Part shown: positions 1 to 7,374 of the stretch, piece by piece
Numbering within the stretch: the first letter of the stretch is position 1
Layout: every line of letters begins with the position of its first letter
Assembly: GCA_949285325.1 (NCBI GenBank)
Contig: CASDYZ010000025.1
Location: forward strand, 1,450 to 65,449
Reading direction: 5' to 3'
DNA: 64,000 nt
Source: an uncultured bacterium
GTDB lineage: Bacteria > Bacillota_I > Bacilli_A > RFN20 > CAG-826
The notes under the pieces: model-generated
Databases searched by the model: none
Seen by the model: only the letters and a program-made list of their open reading frames with translations
What the model was told of the DNA's origin: nothing
Translations under genes and position numbers: made by a program

Positions 1-272
1 TTGGCGATAAATTTTATCTAAAAACAAAAGAAATTGAGACTTTTACTAATACTTGTAGTACTGGGTCGTTAAGCAATCTATCTTTTAGTACAACTCGTTC
101 TCATGTCGTTGGAGATAAAATTACAACGAGTGAAGAAGTTAATATTGCCTATTCTTCTATAAGTGAGGTGGCGCTTACCTTCGCCAATGTTTTAGAAGTT
201 GGAAATGAGGAATGTTTTACAATCCAATTAAATGTTGGAAACCTTGGAGAATATTGGGAAGAAGAACTTAAT
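1..272 (+). CDS. hypothetical protein, C-terminal fragment (gene starts before the window)
   Basis: Frame 3 is open from the window edge to TAA at 270-272 (about 90 codons), long for AT-rich DNA. No recognisable motifs; not in the ORF track because it lacks a start codon. Confidence 0.25.
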
Positions 273-398
273 ACTGTAAGCGTTAACTACACATTGAATC
301 TAAATAATTTGTTAAGTGGGAAAACTGGATTTTGATATAGTAAAGTCGCTTGCTATATTGAAGCAAATGTAATTTAAAGTTATACACAAGAGCAAGGA

Positions 399-677
399 AT
401 GTTCGGAAATTGGTATAGATTAAGCGGAACCACTACAGAAAATTATTGGGTAAGATATTATATCGATGATATTTGCACCTGCGTATATAACGACAATACA
501 TTTGGTGACAAAGTTATTTTTGATGACACTCACATAGAGATTGAAAAGCACGATTTTATAATTATTTATGGAGAATCAGGTATTGGGAAAAGCACGCTTT
601 TAAAGATGATTGGACTTATAAACAACTTTGATGGTGATTATTTTATTAATGATAAGTTAGTTAATAAAAAAAGATAG
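399..677 (+). CDS. ABC ATPase N-terminal fragment (Walker A)
   Basis: ORF track; GESGIGKSTLL P-loop; ends at TAG 675-677 immediately after a poly-A run. Confidence 0.5.
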   Translation: MFGNWYRLSGTTTENYWVRYYIDDICTCVYNDNTFGDKVIFDDTHIEIEKHDFIIIYGESGIGKSTLLKMIGLINNFDGDYFINDKLVNKKR

Positions 678-708
678 AGAAAAAACGAGAATTAAAACTT
701 TTTCATAT

Positions 709-1104
709 TTGTTCCAAGAGCCACTTTTAATACCTTGTTTAAAAGTTCGCGAGAATATTGTTCTCCCACTTAAAAATTTAAAAAAGAATATTAATGAAAG
801 AGAGATAAATGAAATTGCAAAACGATTAAAAATTTATGATTTATTAGATTGCAAAGTTGATAATTTGAGTGGTGGTGAAGCAATAAGAGTGTCTATCGCT
901 CGCGCGATTGCGGCTGATAGGCCTGTTCTTGTTGTAGATGAACCGACCGGTAATCTCGATTCGGAAAATGCTTTAAGCGTCATGCAAATTCTTAAAGAAG
1001 AAAACGAAAAAGGTAAAACTATAATAATGGTTTCTCACAGCAAAGAATTTGAAAAATATTTTAATAAAATTATTAGAATCGAGAATAAAAAAATAGTATG
1101 TTAA
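709..1104 (+). CDS. ABC ATPase C-terminal fragment (Q-loop, signature, Walker B, H-loop)
   Basis: ORF track; LSGGEAIRVSIARAI, VLVVDEPTGNLD, MVSHS. This frame is open back to 661, so it overlaps the upstream fragment. Confidence 0.5.
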   Translation: MFQEPLLIPCLKVRENIVLPLKNLKKNINEREINEIAKRLKIYDLLDCKVDNLSGGEAIRVSIARAIAADRPVLVVDEPTGNLDSENALSVMQILKEENEKGKTIIMVSHSKEFEKYFNKIIRIENKKIVC

Positions 1105-2216
1105 AAAGACTTTTTTATCCAATTAAATCGAATGTTTATTTATTTTTGATATGTTTTCTCGCCCTTATACCATTTACTTTTTTAATCGTTGGTGAAAACG
1201 TCCTAGAATATATCTATTCAGGAAACTATGCATATGTAGATCGTAATTTAGTATTCAATAATGAAGATTATGATATTGAATCTTTTTCTGAAATTGAAGA
1301 TTTTGAGAAAGAAGATAAAGAAAAAATGCAAAGTCTTTCGAGAAAAGATATAAAGGATTATCATGCAGTTATAAGTGCGGATTTATATATTAAAGATGAA
1401 GAAAATCATAAACATCATTCAAATATTGTTATATCTAAATCTCGTTATGCTCTAGAGCAATATTCATTGATGCACTACGATGAAAATTTTAAGATTGGAA
1501 ATGATGAAAAATTAATTGTTTCAGCAGATAATGAATTAGCTAGTGCAGGCGATGATATAAAGTTTGCAAACGAAAACGATTTTGATCCAAAAACCGTTAT
1601 TCTAAAAGTGGATTCCGAACGTGAATTCAATATGTATCATTCCAATTTAATTTTTTATGTTGTCACTGACTATGACGATGAAGACGCATTAACTATTGAA
1701 CCTCTTTTATCACATACCTCAGTTAATTTCATTTATGTTTATGATGCGCCTGTAGATAAATCGATAGTCAACGAAGGTGCGGTTAAACTTGGATTATCTT
1801 TAACATGTAGTGACTATGAAATCAATTTGCGAACAAGTGGTTTTGAAATGGTGTTTGAACAGACTAGATTAGTTGTCGCTATTGTAAGTGTTGCGATTGC
1901 TTTTGTCTTAATATATGCACTTTTATCAAAAGAGAAAAAGTTACATCAATATGAAAAGATACGTCAATATTTTTACGAAGCCAAATATAAGTCTGCTTTA
2001 TACCATATATTGAGTAGCTTCTTAATGTCATTATTTGCTTGCCTTGCTTGCCTTATTGTTATTCTTATTGCATCTATATCTATGAATTTTCTTAAATTTA
2101 CATTCATGATTGATTCAACGATTTTTATACTATTTGTAATCCAAATTGTTTTAGTTACTATTGAGTCCACAATAGTGTATTTAATAACACATTACACAAA
2201 TTTAAATTCTGATTAA
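1098..2216 (+). CDS. ABC transporter permease, FtsX-like topology (N-terminal TM, large extracytoplasmic domain, C-terminal TM bundle)
   Basis: Overlaps the ATPase stop by 7 nt, typical of ftsE/ftsX-type pairs. Hydrophobic N-terminal helix and three C-terminal TM segments in the translation. Confidence 0.6.
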   Translation: MLKRLFYPIKSNVYLFLICFLALIPFTFLIVGENVLEYIYSGNYAYVDRNLVFNNEDYDIESFSEIEDFEKEDKEKMQSLSRKDIKDYHAVISADLYIKDEENHKHHSNIVISKSRYALEQYSLMHYDENFKIGNDEKLIVSADNELASAGDDIKFANENDFDPKTVILKVDSEREFNMYHSNLIFYVVTDYDDEDALTIEPLLSHTSVNFIYVYDAPVDKSIVNEGAVKLGLSLTCSDYEINLRTSGFEMVFEQTRLVVAIVSVAIAFVLIYALLSKEKKLHQYEKIRQYFYEAKYKSALYHILSSFLMSLFACLACLIVILIASISMNFLKFTFMIDSTIFILFVIQIVLVTIESTIVYLITHYTNLNSD

Positions 2217-2223
2217 TTTCAAT

Positions 2224-2252
2224 AAAAAAAGGCACGTTTTAGTGCCTTTTTA
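2224..2252. terminator. bidirectional rho-independent terminator
   Basis: aaaaaggcac-gttttag-tgcctttttt hairpin with flanking A and T runs, between convergent genes. Confidence 0.6.
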
Positions 2253-2273
2253 CATTATTTTTATAGATAATAT

Positions 2274-3947
2274 TTAGATAACATCAATATACAAATTAAA
2301 GTCAGCGTCATTTACTGAAGTAGAGACTTGAACTGTACAATCATCATATGTTTTTTCATATGTATCCATATCATCCGTACCCATCATATACCCACTCATT
2401 ATAAGCTCCATCATATAATCGAATTGCGCGTTGCTTGCTGCTTCAGCGCTTGAATATGAACCCATCAATGTGCCCATGCCAAAGTCAGCAATTATAATTG
2501 TATTTGTCCAACCTAGATCTGGGTATATAAATGGTAGTTCACTAACTCTTTCTTCACTTCCTAATAAGTCCACTAAATCTTGATAAAAATCAACATCAGC
2601 CCATGAGGTTGGTGCCTCAGGATATACGATTGTGTAATTATCATATGGCATAGTCGCGTTTTCTAATTTTGTTATATTAATATCTTTATGCCATAAAGCA
2701 TATGAATAATCATATGAGATTTGGACATTGTCATTATCGATTGTCATTTCAAACGTTTCTTCGTCGACACCAATTGAATCATCTTCAATTAATGTGCTAG
2801 GTAAAAAGTACGATAGATATTGAGTGAGATTATATCTTGGTTCTAACTTATATACTCCATCGACCAAATAGAAGAATTCAGGGGCCATTAAGAATTCGAC
2901 TAATCTATCTTCGACACATAAATCACTTAAAGGTGCACCTGTCGCATTAAATGTCGTAGGAGTGGTAGTATTGTCAACATTAAAATCAACTAGTCCATCG
3001 TCTGTATCAATTGCCCCATATTCATTAGTGACACCATCTTCGGTGTGGCTAATTATATACATATTTTTATTGACCACTACATCATATTGTTCACTTACTT
3101 CATTTGTGTCTGGATCAGTGATTGTGTAAGTAAATTCATAGTCTTGATTTTTTAATTTCTCAATTAAATTTCTAACTTCTTGAGTTTCATCTTTTTCTTC
3201 TAATAAAGATACTGTCGGAACATTAATTTCTTCTTTAGTAAGAAGAGATCCATTCATTTCATAACCAACTAGATAATCGACATAATCGCCCATATCATAT
3301 GAAGCAGAATATTCAAATGTGATTGAGACATTGTCTCCATTTGAGATAGTAAAAATTAGTTCTTCTGCTCCACCATCATATTGAGTGAATAATGTATGTA
3401 TATATTCGTTTTGATTTAATTGTTCTAAATCTAGTTTAAATGTGTTGGTGTCAATTTCTTCTAGAAGAGCGACATCTAAATTTTTAAATGGATTAGAATA
3501 TTTTTCATCGTATATTTGATTTTCCCATGTTTCGTAATTTAGTTGTACTTCATCTTCTATATTTGTGTTGTCGAGTGATACTTGTTTTCTAACAGCCTCC
3601 CCATCACTATTTTTAAAGATGTGGACAGTTTCGATAATTGTTCCATTTGCGTCAATTTCTTCATTCCAATATTCATCTTCTCCGACAAAAGTATAAGCGT
3701 CGGTTAATTCAACACCACTTTCTTGTTCACTAGTTTTATCAATTTGGAATTTTTTCAATGAGAAAGATAACGCTAGATCGCCGTTTAATTTTTCTAATAA
3801 ATATTTTTTTGCATCAAAACTTTCACTAGAAGATTCACTTGTTGTTAGCTCTTCAGAACTCTCTTGACTAGAACTACTAGAAGTTGGATTATTTGAACAA
3901 CTTGCTAATAGGAGTGGAATAACTAACAAACCCATTTTTAGTTTCAT
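2274..3947 (-). CDS. acidic Ser/Glu-rich lipoprotein, function unknown
   Basis: The ORF track gives 2274-3962. I prefer the internal ATG (MKLKMGLLVIPLLLASC), which has GGAGG 8 nt upstream. It has a lipobox (LLLASC) followed by a Ser/Glu-rich linker. Confidence 0.6.
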   Translation of the reverse strand: MKLKMGLLVIPLLLASCSNNPTSSSSSQESSEELTTSESSSESFDAKKYLLEKLNGDLALSFSLKKFQIDKTSEQESGVELTDAYTFVGEDEYWNEEIDANGTIIETVHIFKNSDGEAVRKQVSLDNTNIEDEVQLNYETWENQIYDEKYSNPFKNLDVALLEEIDTNTFKLDLEQLNQNEYIHTLFTQYDGGAEELIFTISNGDNVSITFEYSASYDMGDYVDYLVGYEMNGSLLTKEEINVPTVSLLEEKDETQEVRNLIEKLKNQDYEFTYTITDPDTNEVSEQYDVVVNKNMYIISHTEDGVTNEYGAIDTDDGLVDFNVDNTTTPTTFNATGAPLSDLCVEDRLVEFLMAPEFFYLVDGVYKLEPRYNLTQYLSYFLPSTLIEDDSIGVDEETFEMTIDNDNVQISYDYSYALWHKDINITKLENATMPYDNYTIVYPEAPTSWADVDFYQDLVDLLGSEERVSELPFIYPDLGWTNTIIIADFGMGTLMGSYSSAEAASNAQFDYMMELIMSGYMMGTDDMDTYEKTYDDCTVQVSTSVNDADFNLYIDVI

Positions 3948-4057
3948 ATTTTTTGCCTCCAAAAATCAATGTGTATATCATAACAAAATTATTTTTTGAG
4001 TAGTAGCATATTTTATTTTTAATAATGTATAATATAGTTTCAAACGAGGAGGAAAGT

Positions 4058-6286
4058 ATGAGAAAATTAACTTCTATCATTCTATATACAACTATTGCGA
4101 CATTTGTCATATCTGGTATGGCGGTCTTATATTCTAAAAAATTCGTGCCATCTAATATTAATGCGACGAGCGAATATAATATTGTCATCGACGAGACAAC
4201 TTCAAAAGATTGGACATTTTTAAATAGCGAAGATTATGACAATTCATTCTATATATTTAGAAATACACAATTTGCTTTTGAAAATGCGAAATTAAGTCAA
4301 AAAATACAGCTTCAACTAAAAGAAAATGATGGAACCATATATAACACACTAGAAAATAAAATCGACAATCACGCGATATCGGGTGTTACATCCATAACAG
4401 TTAATTATAATTCTAACGATAATTTAATTATGTATTTTGGTAATGAACCTAAACCAATCAATTCAAATATGAATATTGAATTAGTTAGTGGTGAGACCAC
4501 TAATATAAGTGATTATTCTGCTTTTAGATATATAGCCATCAAAGCAGGATACGATGATGTAACTATATCAAAAATTAATATAACTTATTCATGTATCGAT
4601 ACAAGCTATTCTTATTACCCTAGTTCTTTAGAAGTCGCGATGAATAAGATAGAATTTGTCGAAGATGAATTTTTAAATCCTAATGAAGATATCGATGTTG
4701 ATGTAATTTATTCAAATTCTTATAAAAAATCCTTAAATTACGATGAAAATGGAATAAATGGTTGGAAATTTGATTTAATTTTAGGACCTGACGGAAAAGA
4801 ATTTAATATCGATAATCCTCTTATCGCTGGTGATTATTTATTTTCTATTTCTTACACTGAAAATGATAAGACTATCACATACGAAGACGGAGAATTTACT
4901 GTTTTAGGTTCATCGACATTAAATAAAGAAGATTTGTTATACACAATCAAAGACCTCAGCGACAATTCATATTTCAATACTCCCGCGATGCCATCTATTG
5001 GTAGTCCAACTGCTTTAATCGTGCCTATTTGGTTAACTGATTCAAATAAATTTATTGATGAAACACAAAAAGATAAAGTAAGACAAGATATTGAAAAAGC
5101 CTATTTAGGCACAACAGAAGAAACAGGTTGGCATTCTGTTAAATCATTTTATTATGAGGAATCGAGAGGCAAACTTAATTTAAACGGTGTAGTTACTGAT
5201 TGGTATGACAGTTCATATAGTTCTTCTATAAATTCTTATCAAACAGATATACTTGTCGAAGAAGTGGCTGATTGGTATAAAGATCAAGTTACAACAAGTG
5301 AATATAACACACTCGATTCTGATAAAGATGGATATTTAGACGCGGTTATATTAATTTATGGTTGCCCAAATTCATATAATAACAATGGTAATCTTTGGGC
5401 TTATTGTTTCTGGTTAGCTCAATATAATCAAAATGTCAATTCACCTATTCCAAATACATATTTTTGGGCTTCATATGATTTTATGTATGAAGATGATTAT
5501 TTTATAGTTGACGCTCATACGTACATCCATGAGATGGGGCATATTTTAGGTTTAAATGATTATTATGATTATGCAAGTGGCTCTCCAAATAGACCAGCCG
5601 CATCTTTTTCTATGCAAGATTATAACGTTGGTGGACATGATCCTTATTCCGTAATGGCGTTAGGTTGGGTATCTCCTTATGTGCCAAAAGATGACGCTGT
5701 TATAACTATCAATACATTCCAAGATAGTGGAGATTTAATTTTATTGTCATCTAATTTTTCTTCCTCACCATTTGATGAATATTTACTTTTAGAACTTTAT
5801 TCCCCGACTGGTTTAAATGAGGTAGATGCTTCTAGACGTTATGCCGGAATCTATCCACAAGGTCCGAATACTGTCGGCATTCGTTTATGGCATGTCGATT
5901 CACGATTAAATCAAGTGCATAACGGATATTTCTATCCAACTCAATATTATACAAATTTTGATGATATAGATAATTGCGATGGTTATTTAATAGACATATC
6001 TAATACAACTAGAGACGGCACCAATGATGACTATGCTTCTAGTGCAAATAACGCTGATTATGATTTACTCGCTCTAATTAGAAATAGTGACGCTTCTGAT
6101 AGTGGTATGAATTACGACCTTAACAGCGACATGCTATTTTACGAAGGTGATTATTTCTCCATGGATGATTATAGAAATGCATTCCCAAATGGAAATAAAC
6201 TCAACAGTGGTCTAGATTTAGGCTTTGACTTTAGAATTATTTCTTTAGATGACACATCAGCGACAATTGAAATAACTAAAATTTAG
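4058..6286 (+). CDS. membrane-anchored M6 (immune inhibitor A)-like zinc metalloprotease
   Basis: HEMGHILGLNDYYDY matches the M6 HExxHxxGxxD signature. Start chosen at the ATG 9 nt after AGGAGGA. N-terminal signal-anchor helix. Paralog of 22741-24321. Confidence 0.6.
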   Translation: MRKLTSIILYTTIATFVISGMAVLYSKKFVPSNINATSEYNIVIDETTSKDWTFLNSEDYDNSFYIFRNTQFAFENAKLSQKIQLQLKENDGTIYNTLENKIDNHAISGVTSITVNYNSNDNLIMYFGNEPKPINSNMNIELVSGETTNISDYSAFRYIAIKAGYDDVTISKINITYSCIDTSYSYYPSSLEVAMNKIEFVEDEFLNPNEDIDVDVIYSNSYKKSLNYDENGINGWKFDLILGPDGKEFNIDNPLIAGDYLFSISYTENDKTITYEDGEFTVLGSSTLNKEDLLYTIKDLSDNSYFNTPAMPSIGSPTALIVPIWLTDSNKFIDETQKDKVRQDIEKAYLGTTEETGWHSVKSFYYEESRGKLNLNGVVTDWYDSSYSSSINSYQTDILVEEVADWYKDQVTTSEYNTLDSDKDGYLDAVILIYGCPNSYNNNGNLWAYCFWLAQYNQNVNSPIPNTYFWASYDFMYEDDYFIVDAHTYIHEMGHILGLNDYYDYASGSPNRPAASFSMQDYNVGGHDPYSVMALGWVSPYVPKDDAVITINTFQDSGDLILLSSNFSSSPFDEYLLLELYSPTGLNEVDASRRYAGIYPQGPNTVGIRLWHVDSRLNQVHNGYFYPTQYYTNFDDIDNCDGYLIDISNTTRDGTNDDYASSANNADYDLLALIRNSDASDSGMNYDLNSDMLFYEGDYFSMDDYRNAFPNGNKLNSGLDLGFDFRIISLDDTSATIEITKI

Positions 6287-6336
6287 TCTCCTTTATATTT
6301 GTTTGATTGTCTTTATGTATAAGGAGGATATTAACT

Positions 6337-6924
6337 TTGAAAAATAAATTAATTTTATCAATGTTTATTCCTGTTTTATGCTTATGCTTTTCTTCTTGCG
6401 ATTTAAAACAAGATACAACAGAAGCAACAATAAATACCATTACTTTGACTTATGATTATCATCGAGGTCTTGTATATAGTGGTGATTCCAATAACTCCGA
6501 ACAAATAGAATATGTATTAGGATTATGGAACCTCAGTTATTTAAGCGGAATTAATGGTATTGTCTATCCAGATGTAATCAGTGAATTTGTTCCTGGAGAT
6601 AAATTAAAACTAACATATACTGGTAATCTATATGGAACAGAAACAATGCCCGGCACTTTTTATTTAGTAGATGGGGAAGTGCTATCTAGTGAATTTATTT
6701 ATGTCGATGTCAATGAAATTAGTAGTGGTGACATCATAAGAAATGACGTCGGTAATGTTACAGGTATAAAAAATATTAAATTAAATTCTGATAGAGAATA
6801 TTTAGTTGTAAACAAAGATAAGACATTTACCATGCTTGAAGATTTTCAAACCGGCACATTATATGCGAGCGTTGAAAATGACACCGTGACATGCTTTTTT
6901 ACTTATAATCCAAGAATTAATTAA
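6337..6924 (+). CDS. small lipoprotein, function unknown
   Basis: TTG start 9 nt after AGGAGG; signal peptide with lipobox (VLCLCFSSC). Confidence 0.5.
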   Translation: MKNKLILSMFIPVLCLCFSSCDLKQDTTEATINTITLTYDYHRGLVYSGDSNNSEQIEYVLGLWNLSYLSGINGIVYPDVISEFVPGDKLKLTYTGNLYGTETMPGTFYLVDGEVLSSEFIYVDVNEISSGDIIRNDVGNVTGIKNIKLNSDREYLVVNKDKTFTMLEDFQTGTLYASVENDTVTCFFTYNPRIN

Positions 6925-7195
6925 TTATTTAAATATTAATTTTGATGGTAATATCTAGGGATGTTTATCATTAAATTAAATACTTTGTTTTGGTTTTCTA
7001 AGCAAAAAAAGCAGTGACATTTGGAGTGATATTTGCAGTGACATTTTTTATAAATTATCAATCGATGAAGAAAACATAGACAAAAAATGTTGGAGATAGT
7101 TTTCCTCAAAATTCAATACGACATAATGAATATAAAATGATAAGTTTTGATAAAAAACCTATAATGATTAGACATCATAGGCAATTTTCTTTACA

Positions 7196-7272
7196 TGGTC
7201 GGAACGATAGGATTTGAACCTACGACCTTCTGCTCCCTAAGCAGACGCGATACCAAGCTACGCTACGTCCCG
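7196..7272 (-). tRNA. tRNA-Pro-like; the anticodon as I read it is AGG (A at position 34)
   Basis: The reverse complement folds as a 77-nt cloverleaf: 7-bp acceptor stem CGGGACG/CGTTCCG, T-loop TTCAAAT, encoded CCA. It differs from Bacillus tRNA-Pro(UGG) in the anticodon loop only at position 34 (TTAGGGA instead of TTTGGGA). Confidence 0.7.
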
Positions 7273-7374
7273 GAAGATGTTTTGCTCTATAATTTTAATA
7301 TATTTTTATGTTGAAGAGCAATTACTTTGACTATATTTGTCAAAAATGATAATTTTATTTTATAAATAAAAATT

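Larger units (their letters stand above)
399..1104 (+). pseudogene. ABC transporter ATP-binding protein (FtsE/MacB-like), disrupted by a frameshift
   Basis: Two adjacent ORFs in different frames (399-677 and 709-1104) together make one ABC ATPase. The first carries Walker A (GESGIGKST). The second carries the Q-loop (LFQEPLL), the ABC signature (LSGGEAIRVSIARAI) and Walker B (VLVVDEPTG). The frame change falls in or next to the A-run at 664-672. Confidence 0.7.
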
